A stretch of DNA of 32,000 nt from Demequinaceae bacterium (GTDB lineage: Bacteria > Actinomycetota > Actinomycetes > Actinomycetales > Demequinaceae). Positions 21,110-29,532 of the stretch are shown one piece after another (the first letter of the stretch is position 1; each line of letters starts with the position of its first letter). The notes beneath the pieces were generated by a model. The model was not told the origin of the DNA. It did no database searches and saw nothing but the letters and a program-made list of their open reading frames with translations. The translations under genes and the position numbers were made by a program. Location: contig OZ252279.1 of NCBI GenBank assembly GCA_965250005.1, forward strand, positions 1,290,001 through 1,322,000, in the 5' to 3' direction.

Positions 21110-21643
21110 ATGGCTACCGCAAAGAAAAAGGCTCCGGTCGAGAAGACCGCCACCAAGAAGGCTTCGGGCCCCAAGGCGCCCGCGGTGGTGCCCGGCACCA
21201 CCGCGAGCGACATTCAGATTGACCCGCGCGGCTACCGCTTTGGCGCGGGCATCACACTCACCGTCGCGATGGCAACCCTGCTGGTAGGCCCTGGCCTCTC
21301 CGGGAACATCCTCATGATCATCATGTTGGTCATGTTCGTCCCCGGCGCAACAGTCGGCCCGCAGGCCACCCTGCAGGCGTTCCTCTACGGCACCCTGGTA
21401 CGCCCGCGCCTGTCGCCCCCCGCGGAAACCGAGTCCTTCCGCCCGCCTCGCTTCGCCCAACAGATGGGCCTCGGCTTCGCCATCGCCGGTGCCGCGAGCG
21501 GACTCGCGGGCTTCGACTTGGGTTTCTGGATCTTCGCCGGCTTCGTGCTCTTCGCCTCCTTCCTCAATTCGGTGCTCGACTTCTGCCTCGGCTGCGAGAT
21601 CTACCTGATGTTCAAGCGTGCAGTCACAGTTAAGGCCGCCTAG
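21110..21643 (+). CDS. DUF4395-type membrane protein
   Basis: The ATG at 21110 has the SD GGAGGA (21101-21106). After a Lys-rich N-terminus the pattern is IDPRGYRF.A..T......L..G, PPRFAQ..G and SFLNSVLDFCLGCEIY. It is adjacent to the thioredoxin-like gene, a pairing I recall as recurrent. Confidence 0.7.
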   Translation: MATAKKKAPVEKTATKKASGPKAPAVVPGTTASDIQIDPRGYRFGAGITLTVAMATLLVGPGLSGNILMIIMLVMFVPGATVGPQATLQAFLYGTLVRPRLSPPAETESFRPPRFAQQMGLGFAIAGAASGLAGFDLGFWIFAGFVLFASFLNSVLDFCLGCEIYLMFKRAVTVKAA

Positions 21644-21687
21644 CCCGCGCGCTAGGGGTCACCACGTCACGCGGTTAGCATGGGTGC

Positions 21688-21798
21688 ATGAGCAGTCTTG
21701 AGTTGGCTTTCGCGATCCTGGGCGGTCTTGCCGCAATCGGCGTTACCTGGACCGCCGGAATCATGGTGTGGCGACTGCTCCGGACGCCCAAGTCGTGA
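21688..21798 (+). CDS. Possible 36-aa single-TM micro-protein (below the ORF-track cutoff)
   Basis: Translates as MSSLELAFAILGGLAAIGVTWTAGIMVWRLLRTPKS. Its stop TGA (21796-21798) overlaps a GTG (21795-21797) in the frame of the downstream nitrobindin-like gene (GTGA). There is no other support. Confidence 0.3.
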   Translation: MSSLELAFAILGGLAAIGVTWTAGIMVWRLLRTPKS

Positions 21799-22376
21799 CG
21801 TTCACCATCCCCACGGACCTCGCGCCCGAGGCCTATCCACTCGCATGGCTGGTGGGCGAGTGGCGCGGCAGCGGCGTTGTCGAGTACCCCGACATTCCCC
21901 GCGCAGGCTTCGAACAAATCGTGGTCTTCGATCACGACGGTGGCCCGTACCTAAACTACAACTCCACCATCACGCTCACTGGCTCCGGCGGCGAACCCGG
22001 CCAGGTCTGGTCCGCCGAGAGCGGCTTCTGGCGCATCGCTCCGGAAGCCCCCGAAGGCGTGACGCTCACCGAGGAGCAAACACCGCTCGAGGTGATCCTG
22101 TCAGACGCGTCCGGAATCCTCTCCGTCTACCTGGGTGCCATTGGCAACGGGCGCGTTGACCTCGCGACCGACTTCATGGCGCGGACGTCCTCCGCAGCCG
22201 AGGTGGCGGGCGCGACCCGTATGTACGGATTGGTTAAGGGAGACCTGATGTGGGCGTGGGACCTCGCCGCGTTCGGCCACAAGCTTCAGTCCTACGCCTC
22301 AGCCCAGTTGACACGCGTGGCCGATGCCGCGGACACTGCGGACCCCACGAACCCCACCAGCGACACCGCCAAGTAG
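21768..22376 (+). CDS. Nitrobindin/FABP-family (DUF1794, THAP4-like heme-binding beta-barrel) protein
   Basis: It has the pattern LAWLVGEWRGSG...YPDI....F.Q..VF.HDG.PYL.Y.S, then E.GFWR, then MYGLV.GDL..AWD.AA.G..LQS. The start is uncertain (GTG at 21768 in the track, alternative GTG at 21795). Confidence 0.7.
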   Translation: MATAPDAQVVTFTIPTDLAPEAYPLAWLVGEWRGSGVVEYPDIPRAGFEQIVVFDHDGGPYLNYNSTITLTGSGGEPGQVWSAESGFWRIAPEAPEGVTLTEEQTPLEVILSDASGILSVYLGAIGNGRVDLATDFMARTSSAAEVAGATRMYGLVKGDLMWAWDLAAFGHKLQSYASAQLTRVADAADTADPTNPTSDTAK

Positions 22377-22385
22377 GAATCTGCT

Positions 22386-23573
22386 GTGCCTTCCGAGCGT
22401 TCAACCTCCATGACCTCCACCGCGATCACGAGCGCCCTGCTGTCCCGACCGGGCGGCGTCGAGGCCGCTGGCCCCGACGCCGGCGTGGCGTGGCACTACG
22501 GAGACCCCGCGTCAGAGGCCCGCGCGCTTGAGGAGGGACGCGGGGTCGCCGACCAGTCACACCTAGGAGTGGTGACCGTGACCGGCCCGGACCGCCTCAC
22601 GTGGCTCAACTCGCTCGGCACTCAAGAGGTCGCAGCGCTCGAGCCTGGGGTGAGCGTCGAATTCATGATCCTGTCCCCGCAGGGCCGCGTCGAACACGTC
22701 GCTGGCCTCGTGGACGACGGCACCACAGCGTGGCTCATCAGCGAGACCGCACCTGGCTTGGCAGCACACCTCGACAGGATGCGTTTCATGCTGCGCGTCG
22801 AGGTGGCCGATGTGAGCGCCGCCTGGGCGGCGCTCGGCGAGGCCATCGCGGCTCCCGCCGCCGCGGGCGAGCCCGTCACGTGGGTGGACCCTTGGCCCGG
22901 CATCACCGCCGGAGGCACCTCGTACGCCCCCAAGAGGGCCGCAGACCATCCGGGCTCCGCCCGCAAGTGGCGCCTGGTGCTGGTGCCGCGCTACAGGCTT
23001 GACACTGCAGTTCAGGAACGCCTGGATACCGGATGGACCCTCGCGGGAACGTGGGCCACCGAAGCCGCGAGAATCGCGGCGCATCGTCCCCGATCCACCA
23101 CCGAGGTGGACGCCACCACACTCCCGCACGAACTCGACTGGTTGCGTACCGCGGTCCATCTCCACAAGGGCTGCTACCGCGGCCAAGAGACGGTCGCCAA
23201 GGTGCACAACGTCGGCCGCCCGCCGCGCCGTCTCACGCTGCTCCACCTCGATGGCTCCGCCCATACGCTCCCCGAGACCAACGCTGACGTTGTCATCCCC
23301 GGAGGGGACGCGCCCAAGGTCATCGGCCGCATCACCTCCGTCGCCCGCCATCATGAGCTGGGGCCCATCGCCCTCGCGCTCCTCAAACGCTCCACCGACC
23401 CCAGCCTGACGCTCGAGGTGCCGTCCGAGGGCGGCGCCCTAGCCGCCACCCAAGAGGTCATCGTCAACGCTGACGGATTCTCCGTTGACCGTCCACCCAA
23501 GCCTGGCCCCACCGCCCGCGGACTGCTCATGGGCGATGGCTGCGCCGCCGACGGCGGCGACCTTCCCGGCTAA
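22386..23573 (+). CDS. ygfZ: YgfZ-type folate-binding protein (GcvT-like fold, Fe-S cluster repair factor family)
   Basis: 395 aa with the diagnostic KGCYRGQETVAK motif and an N-terminal GcvT-like region (GVVTVTGPDRLTWLNSL). The start codon is uncertain. Confidence 0.8.
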   Translation: MPSERSTSMTSTAITSALLSRPGGVEAAGPDAGVAWHYGDPASEARALEEGRGVADQSHLGVVTVTGPDRLTWLNSLGTQEVAALEPGVSVEFMILSPQGRVEHVAGLVDDGTTAWLISETAPGLAAHLDRMRFMLRVEVADVSAAWAALGEAIAAPAAAGEPVTWVDPWPGITAGGTSYAPKRAADHPGSARKWRLVLVPRYRLDTAVQERLDTGWTLAGTWATEAARIAAHRPRSTTEVDATTLPHELDWLRTAVHLHKGCYRGQETVAKVHNVGRPPRRLTLLHLDGSAHTLPETNADVVIPGGDAPKVIGRITSVARHHELGPIALALLKRSTDPSLTLEVPSEGGALAATQEVIVNADGFSVDRPPKPGPTARGLLMGDGCAADGGDLPG

Positions 23574-23624
23574 CTATTTCCGGAAGTTTGGTTGTAGTCC
23601 GGGCCATCGCGGTACGGTGATGAC

Positions 23625-23885
23625 GTGGAGATTACCGTCAGCGAATTGAAGTCGGCCACCAAGAAGTGGGTCGACGCCGCCAAGTCCGGCGAAGAGGTCG
23701 TCATCACGGACGGCGGCGTGCCCGTCGCTCGGCTGTCCGCGGTTGGCGCAGCCAGCCTCCTCGCGCGCCTCAAAGCCGACGGCCTGATCTCGCCGCCGGC
23801 CGGCGACCGGGCGGTGCCGCGCTTGCCACAGGCAGAGGCGGCCAAGGACGCGCTGTCGAGCCTCATGGGCCGGCTGCGCAGGTAA
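23625..23885 (+). CDS. vapB: Type II antitoxin, Phd/YefM-like (VapB)
   Basis: 86 aa from a GTG start. MEITVSELKSATKKWVDAAKSGEEVVITDGGVPVARL is a typical Phd/YefM N-terminal fold signature. It sits 2 nt upstream of a PIN-domain gene. Confidence 0.8.
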   Translation: MEITVSELKSATKKWVDAAKSGEEVVITDGGVPVARLSAVGAASLLARLKADGLISPPAGDRAVPRLPQAEAAKDALSSLMGRLRR

Positions 23886-23887
23886 CC

Positions 23888-24322
23888 GTGGCACTCGTTT
23901 ATCTCGATACCTCCGCCCTCGTTAAACTCTGCGTCCATGAAACGGGTACGCCCCTTGCCGTCGCGCTCTGGGAGGGCGCGGACGCGCTCGCGAGCTCACG
24001 CATTGCCGACACCGAGGTGCGCTCCGTCGTGGCCACCGCCCAGCGCATCGGCCGCATTGACGCTGCCCCCGCTCAGCTCGCTTTGGAGCGGTGGGACAAG
24101 ATACGTGCCGGGCTCTACACCGTTGAGGTGAGCGCTCAGGTCTCGGAACGCGCGAGCGATCTTGTCACCAAGCGCCCCATTCGCGCGGCCGATGGAATTC
24201 ACCTCGCTAGCGCACTGTTATTGGACGATGTACCCGACCTGCTCTTCGCCGCGTGGGACAAGCGGCTCGCTGCCGCCGCCCGCATGGAGGGCCTGACCAT
24301 TCTTCCCCCTGGAGTCAATTGA
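23888..24322 (+). CDS. vapC: PIN-domain ribonuclease toxin VapC
   Basis: The GTG at 23888 gives VALVYLDTSALVKL. Acidic PIN residues are visible in YLDTS, ADTEV, AADGIHLA and AWDKRL. The product is 144 aa. The track frame extends upstream (23666) across the antitoxin and is rejected. Confidence 0.8.
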   Translation: MALVYLDTSALVKLCVHETGTPLAVALWEGADALASSRIADTEVRSVVATAQRIGRIDAAPAQLALERWDKIRAGLYTVEVSAQVSERASDLVTKRPIRAADGIHLASALLLDDVPDLLFAAWDKRLAAAARMEGLTILPPGVN

Positions 24323-24663
24323 TGTTCGGAGTAATCCAGCACTACGTCTTCATCGCGCTCGCCATCGGGGCATTCGGTTTCGAGGCATTCGCGTTCGTCG
24401 GCGCGATGCGCTTCTCAAGCGGAACCTTCGATGCGGTCGGTAAGCGCTCCAAGAAGTTCTGGGGCCTCATTCTGGGCATCGCCGCGTCGATTGGGTTCCT
24501 CGGTCTGCCGCAGCCGCTTGGACTGAGCTTCACGTCGCCGGTGGGCATCGTTGGACTGGCCGCGATCGTGGGTGCCGGGGTCTACATGGCGACAATCCGT
24601 CCCAAGCTTCAGGCAGTTCAGCAACCACGCGGGCCGCGCCGCGAGCAGACCGGCGGCTGGTAG
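24322..24663 (+). CDS. DUF2516-type small membrane protein
   Basis: The ATG at 24322 overlaps the vapC stop (TGATG). The product starts MFGVIQHYVFIALAIGAFGFEAFAFVGAM, then KRSKKFWGLILGIA. It has 3-4 TM segments. Confidence 0.6.
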   Translation: MFGVIQHYVFIALAIGAFGFEAFAFVGAMRFSSGTFDAVGKRSKKFWGLILGIAASIGFLGLPQPLGLSFTSPVGIVGLAAIVGAGVYMATIRPKLQAVQQPRGPRREQTGGW

Positions 24664-24684
24664 TGCCCGGAAGAGCCTAGGCAC

Positions 24685-25110
24685 ATGAGAGCCGTCTTGC
24701 AGCGTGCGACTCGCGCCTCAGTGACCGTGGAAGGCAACGTCACCGCGTCGTTTGACCGCGAGGGAATCGTCGCTCTCGTGGGCGCCACCCACGACGACGG
24801 CCCCGACCAGGTAGCCGCCATCGCCCGCAAGATCGCAGAGCTACGCATCCTCGACGGCGAGGTCTCCGTGGCCGACGCGGGCGCGCCGGTCATCGTCGTC
24901 AGCCAATTCACCTTGTACGCGGATACCAAGAAGGGCCGGCGCCCGTCGTGGAACGGAGCTGCGCCCGGCGACATGGCCGAGCCGCTCGTGGATGCCATCG
25001 TCGCGGACCTTCGCGCGCGCGGCCTCGACGTGGGAACAGGGGTGTTTGGCGCCCACATGCAGGTGGACCTGGTGAACGACGGTCCCGTCACGCTCATCGT
25101 CGATGCATAG
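24685..25110 (+). CDS. dtd: D-aminoacyl-tRNA deacylase
   Basis: 141 aa beginning MRAVLQRATRASVTV, with VSQFTLYADTKKGRRPS and the C-terminal NDGPVTL. Confidence 0.92.
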   Translation: MRAVLQRATRASVTVEGNVTASFDREGIVALVGATHDDGPDQVAAIARKIAELRILDGEVSVADAGAPVIVVSQFTLYADTKKGRRPSWNGAAPGDMAEPLVDAIVADLRARGLDVGTGVFGAHMQVDLVNDGPVTLIVDA

Positions 25111-25154
25111 GCGCCCCGAGGCCGCAGCAACCGAATTGTCTGATTCATCACGGC

Positions 25155-25173
25155 CTCACGCCCGTGGCGAACA
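25155..25173 (+). promoter_or_regulatory. Candidate ClgR-type operator (CGC-N5-GCGAAC) upstream of clpC1
   Basis: CTCA-CGC-CCGTG-GCG-AAC matches the CGC-N5-GCG core, and the right half-site GCGAAC matches the ClgR consensus reported for Corynebacterium and Streptomyces. A TANNNT -10 candidate (TAGCAT, 25201-25206) lies about 28 nt downstream, and clpC1 has the SD GAGGAG. Confidence 0.3.
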
Positions 25174-25265
25174 TGGGCATGGCTACCCACCTCCCGCAGT
25201 TAGCATCGAATAAGAACCAACGGGTGCCCGCGTATGGAATCCCGTGGCAGAACTGAGGAGGGACC

Positions 25266-27833
25266 ATGTTCGAGCGGTTTACCGACCGAGCCCGTCGCGT
25301 CGTTGTGCTTGCGCAAGAAGAGGCGCGCATGCTCAACCACAACTACATCGGCACCGAGCACATCCTGCTCGGCCTGGTGCGCGAAGGCGAAGGAGTCGCC
25401 GCCAAGGCGCTCGAAGCGATGGACATCTCACTCAACGGCGTCCGCGAGCAGGTGCAGGAGATCATCGGCGAGGGTTCGCACGCCCCGTCCGGTCACATCC
25501 CCTTCACGCCGCGCGCCAAGAAGGTCCTCGAGCTGTCACTGCGCGAAGCGCTGCAGTTAGGCCACAACTACATCGGCACCGAGCACATCCTGCTCGGCCT
25601 CATTCGCGAGGGCGAAGGCGTTGCCGCACAGGTCCTCAACAAGCTTGGCGCCGACCTCGGTGGCGTCCGTCAGCAGGTCATCCAACTGCTCTCCGGCTAC
25701 GAGGGCAAGGAGCCCGCGACGTCCGGTGGAGGCGGGCCCCAGGAGGGCACGCCCTCCGGCTCAACCGTCCTCGACCAGTTCGGCCGCAACCTCACCCAGG
25801 CCGCGCGCGAAGGCAAGCTCGACCCGGTGATCGGGCGCGAAATGGCCATGGAGCGCGTGATGCAGGTGCTGAGCCGCCGCACCAAGAACAACCCCGTACT
25901 GATTGGCGAACCCGGCGTCGGCAAGACTGCCGTGGTCGAGGGGCTCGCCCAGGCGATAGTGCGCGGGGATGTGCCCGAGACCCTCAAGGACAAGCACCTG
26001 TACACGCTGGACCTCGGCTCGCTCGTTGCGGGCTCCCGCTACCGCGGCGACTTCGAGGAACGCCTCAAGAAGGTGCTCAAGGAGATTCGCACGCGTGGCG
26101 ACATCATTCTGTTCATCGATGAAATCCACACGCTCGTGGGTGCCGGTGCCGCCGAGGGCGCGATCGACGCCGCAAGCATCCTGAAGCCAATGCTCGCGCG
26201 CGGTGAGCTCCAGACCATCGGCGCGACCACGCTCGATGAGTACCGCAAGCACGTCGAGAAGGATGCCGCGCTCGAGCGTCGCTTCCAGCCCATCCAGGTG
26301 CCGGAGCCGGAGATCGGCCAGACCATCGAGATCCTCAAGGGTTTGCGCGACCGCTACGAAGCGTTCCACCGTGTCACCATCACGGACGAAGCGATCGTGG
26401 CCGCAGCCCAGATGGCGGACCGCTACATTTCTGACCGGTTCCTGCCGGACAAAGCGATCGACCTGATTGATGAGGCTGGCGCGCGCCTGCGCATTCGCCG
26501 CATGACGTCGCCGCCCGAACTTCGCGACCTTGACGAGAAGATCGCCAACGCACGCAAGGACAAGGAAGGCGCGATCGACGAGCAGGACTTCGAGAAGGCT
26601 GCCGCCCTACGCGACGTGGAGCGCCGTCTCACGGAGGAGCGCGCGGAGAAGGAGGAGGCCTGGAAGTCAGGCGACCTCGATGTCGCGGCTGTCGTGGACG
26701 AGGATTTGATCGCAGAGGTCCTGTCTATGAGCACCGGCGTCCCCGTTGCTCGCGTATCGAGCGACGAGTCCGCTCGACTGCTCAATATGGAAGAAGAGCT
26801 ACACAAGCGCGTTGTGGGGCAGGAGCAGGCCATCAAGGTCCTCTCGCAGGCCATCCGACGCACGCGTGCCGGACTCAAGGACCCCAAGCGTCCCGGCGGC
26901 TCGTTCATCTTCGCTGGCCCCACAGGTGTCGGCAAGACCGAACTCGCCAAGGCGCTCGCCGAGTTCCTGTTCGGCGACGAGGACGCTCTCATCAGCCTCG
27001 ACATGTCCGAGTACGGTGAGAAGCACACGGTCGCGCGACTCTTCGGAGCGCCCCCCGGCTACGTGGGCTTCGAGGAGGGCGGCCAGCTCACCGAGAAGGT
27101 GCGCCGCAAGCCCTTCAGCGTGGTGCTGTTCGACGAGGTCGAAAAGGCCCACCCCGACATCTTCAACTCGCTGCTTCAGATCCTCGAAGACGGCAAGCTG
27201 ACGGATGCTCAGGGCCGCGAGGTGAACTTCAAGAACACCATCATCATCATGACCACCAACCTGGGCGCGGACGCAATCTCCAAGCGCCAGGCCACGGGCT
27301 TCTCCGTGGCGCACACTGGTGGCCAGACGTACGACGAGATGGTCAAGCTAGTGAACTCCAAACTTAAGGATCACTTCAAGCCTGAGTTCCTCAACCGCGT
27401 CGACAACGTGGTGGTGTTCCCGCAGCTCACACAAGACGAGATCGTCAAGATCGTCGACCTCATGGTGGCTCAACTCGACACCCGGATGCGCGACAAGGAC
27501 ATGGGCATCGTGCTCACGCCCGCAGCCAAGCAGATGCTGGCCATCAAGGGCTACGACCCGGTTCTGGGGGCGCGACCACTTCGCCGTGCACTCCAGCGCG
27601 AGATCGAGGACGCCCTCAGCGAGAAGATCCTCTTTGGAGATCTCACCGCCGGGCAGGTCGTTCACGTCGATGCAAAGGGGGAGGGCGTCTCGGGCGAGTT
27701 CACGTTCAAGGGCCTCGTCAAGGACGATGTCACTGACGAGCCCACCGCAACCGAGCCCAAACCCAAGGCGAAGGCCGCAAAGAAGGCGCCCAGTGCGGAC
27801 GCCGACGAGCCCAAGGCTGGCGCCAAGAAGTAG
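25266..27833 (+). CDS. clpC1: ATP-dependent Clp protease ATP-binding subunit ClpC1
   Basis: 855 aa. It has a duplicated Clp_N repeat ([13 protein letters not shown] x2), Walker A motifs GEPGVGKT and GPTGVGKT, a UVR-like middle domain ([12 protein letters not shown]), and a conserved D2 ([15 protein letters not shown]). Confidence 0.97.
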   Translation: MFERFTDRARRVVVLAQEEARMLNHNYIGTEHILLGLVREGEGVAAKALEAMDISLNGVREQVQEIIGEGSHAPSGHIPFTPRAKKVLELSLREALQLGHNYIGTEHILLGLIREGEGVAAQVLNKLGADLGGVRQQVIQLLSGYEGKEPATSGGGGPQEGTPSGSTVLDQFGRNLTQAAREGKLDPVIGREMAMERVMQVLSRRTKNNPVLIGEPGVGKTAVVEGLAQAIVRGDVPETLKDKHLYTLDLGSLVAGSRYRGDFEERLKKVLKEIRTRGDIILFIDEIHTLVGAGAAEGAIDAASILKPMLARGELQTIGATTLDEYRKHVEKDAALERRFQPIQVPEPEIGQTIEILKGLRDRYEAFHRVTITDEAIVAAAQMADRYISDRFLPDKAIDLIDEAGARLRIRRMTSPPELRDLDEKIANARKDKEGAIDEQDFEKAAALRDVERRLTEERAEKEEAWKSGDLDVAAVVDEDLIAEVLSMSTGVPVARVSSDESARLLNMEEELHKRVVGQEQAIKVLSQAIRRTRAGLKDPKRPGGSFIFAGPTGVGKTELAKALAEFLFGDEDALISLDMSEYGEKHTVARLFGAPPGYVGFEEGGQLTEKVRRKPFSVVLFDEVEKAHPDIFNSLLQILEDGKLTDAQGREVNFKNTIIIMTTNLGADAISKRQATGFSVAHTGGQTYDEMVKLVNSKLKDHFKPEFLNRVDNVVVFPQLTQDEIVKIVDLMVAQLDTRMRDKDMGIVLTPAAKQMLAIKGYDPVLGARPLRRALQREIEDALSEKILFGDLTAGQVVHVDAKGEGVSGEFTFKGLVKDDVTDEPTATEPKPKAKAAKKAPSADADEPKAGAKK

Positions 27834-27851
27834 CCGCCTCTACCAAGCGAA

Positions 27852-27890
27852 CGGCGTGCATCGCCCCTACTGTGGGGTGCATGCGCGCCG
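27852..27890 (+). terminator. Strong hairpin downstream of clpC1 (intrinsic-terminator candidate without a U-tract)
   Basis: CGGCGTGCATCGCCCC-(TACTGT)-GGGGTG(C)CATGCGCGCCG forms about 15-16 bp with one bulge. It starts 19 nt after the clpC1 stop. Confidence 0.45.
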
Positions 27891-27981
27891 TCGTCGCTTC
27901 CGGATTGATCGTTGGCTCGTTGCCTGGGTGGGCCACGGGTGCCGCGGTTTGTGCATCGAGCCGTTTCGGTATTCTTGCGTC

Positions 27982-28989
27982 ATGACCCACACTCCCCATG
28001 CCGCGAACAGCGCGCGCTACGACAAAATGAACTATCGCCGATGCGGCGAGTCCGGCATCCGACTGCCCGGCGTCTCGCTGGGGCTGTGGCAGAACTTCGG
28101 TGACGCGAATGGCCTCGCGCGCCAGCGCGACATCATCCTCGATGCGTTCGATATGGGCATCACCCACTACGACCTCGCGAACAACTACGGCCCACCTCCC
28201 GGAAGCGCCGAGCGCAACTTCGGCGGCATCTTTGCGCGAGACCTCAAGGCGTACCGAGACGAGATCCTTATTTCGACCAAGGCCGGCTACTTGATGTGGC
28301 CCGGCCCGTACGGCGAGTGGGGTTCTCGCAAGAGCCTGCTGAGCTCGCTAGACCAGTCTCTAAACCGCATGGGTCTGGATTACGTGGATATCTTCTACCA
28401 CCACCGCCCCGACGCGGACACGCCCATCGAGGAGTCGATGATGACACTCGACCAGGCCGTGCGATCGGGCAAGGCGCTATACGCAGGCATCTCCAACTAC
28501 GGACCCGACGCCACGCGCGAGGCCATTCGCATCCTCAACCACCTGGGCACGCCCCTGCTCATTCACCAGCCCAAGTACTCGATGTTCGAGCGCACGCCCG
28601 AAGACGGGCTGCTCGACGTGCTCGAGGAAGAGGGCGTCGGCTCGATCGTGTTCTCGCCGCTCGATCAGGGCCGGCTCACCGACCGGTACCTCAAGGGCAT
28701 CCCGGAGGGCTCGCGAGCAACCCACAGCCAGTTCCTGACCGCGAAGCAGATCACGCAAGCGTACCTCGAGCGCGCTAATGCGCTCAACGAGATTGCCAAG
28801 GGGCGCGGCCAGTCGCTCGCCCAAATGGCCATCCAGTGGGTGTTATGCAACGACCGTGTCACGTCAGCACTGGTGGGCGCGTCGTCCGTGGAGCAGCTAC
28901 GCAACTCCGTCGCGGCGCTCGACTTCGAACCTCTCACCGCCGAAGAGATCGCAGCAATCGAACCGCATGCGATCCACGGCACTAACTAG
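27982..28989 (+). CDS. Aldo/keto reductase, YghZ/L-glyceraldehyde-3-phosphate reductase-like
   Basis: I prefer the internal ATG at 27982, since the track start at 27586 overlaps clpC1. The product reads MNYRRCGESGIRLPGVSLGLWQNFG, then FDMGITHYDLANNYG, then STKAG, then DYVDIFYHHRPD, then GISNY, then SPLDQGRLT. Confidence 0.88.
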   Translation: MTHTPHAANSARYDKMNYRRCGESGIRLPGVSLGLWQNFGDANGLARQRDIILDAFDMGITHYDLANNYGPPPGSAERNFGGIFARDLKAYRDEILISTKAGYLMWPGPYGEWGSRKSLLSSLDQSLNRMGLDYVDIFYHHRPDADTPIEESMMTLDQAVRSGKALYAGISNYGPDATREAIRILNHLGTPLLIHQPKYSMFERTPEDGLLDVLEEEGVGSIVFSPLDQGRLTDRYLKGIPEGSRATHSQFLTAKQITQAYLERANALNEIAKGRGQSLAQMAIQWVLCNDRVTSALVGASSVEQLRNSVAALDFEPLTAEEIAAIEPHAIHGTN

Positions 28990-28999
28990 GGCGCCAGCG

Positions 29000-29506
29000 G
29001 TGAGCACAGCGGGCGTCAGTGTTCGGGCGGCCGTGCCGTCCGACGTGTTGGCGATCCGCGAGATTGTCGAGAACTACACGACCGATCGCATTCTGCTCGC
29101 GCACGACCTGGTCGCGTACTACGAAGCGGTCACTGACTTCGTGGTTGCGGAAAAGGACCGCGAGATCGTGGGCTGCGGCGCCCTGCACGTGCTGTGGAGC
29201 GACCTCGGCGAGGTACGCACCCTTGGTGTCACGCCCGCGTTGCGCGGCACGGGGGTGGGCCACCTGATGCTCGACGCGCTTCACGCTCGAGCGCGGGAAC
29301 TCAACCTTGCACGGCTGTTCTGCCTCACGTTTGAAGTGGACTTCTTCACCCAGCACGGTTACGCGCCCGTCGCCGGCGAAGTGGTGGACCCCGATGTCTA
29401 CCGCGAGATGATGCTCAGCCACGACGACGGCGTGGCCGAGTTCCTCGACCTCGCGCGCATGAAGCCGAACACGCTTGGCAACACGCGGATGCTACGCGCC
29501 CTCTAA
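29000..29506 (+). CDS. argA: GNAT amino-acid N-acetyltransferase (short-form N-acetylglutamate synthase, Rv2747-like)
   Basis: GTG start at 29000. It resembles the Rv2747-type sequence as I recall it: VR.A..SDV.AI.E.V..Y...ILL...LV..YEAV.DF.VAE, then VGCGALHVLWSDLGE.RT, then VAEFLDL...KPN.LGN.RML. Confidence 0.8.
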   Translation: MSTAGVSVRAAVPSDVLAIREIVENYTTDRILLAHDLVAYYEAVTDFVVAEKDREIVGCGALHVLWSDLGEVRTLGVTPALRGTGVGHLMLDALHARARELNLARLFCLTFEVDFFTQHGYAPVAGEVVDPDVYREMMLSHDDGVAEFLDLARMKPNTLGNTRMLRAL

Positions 29507-29532
29507 GCGCGACTTCCGGACAGCACAACTCC

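Noticed and set aside
22563-23354. 263-aa minus-strand ORF inside ygfZ
   Set aside because: It is antisense to a gene carrying the diagnostic KGCYRGQE motif, and its Gly/Arg-rich product has no motifs.
25244-26122. 292-aa + strand ORF overlapping the 5' third of clpC1 in another frame
   Set aside because: The product is an Arg/Pro/Ala-rich frame-shifted shadow of the unambiguous ClpC1 reading frame.
27586-27981. 132-residue N-terminal extension of the aldo/keto reductase ORF
   Set aside because: The extension overlaps the clpC1 3' end out of frame and crosses the terminator-like hairpin. The conserved AKR sequence begins just after the ATG at 27982.
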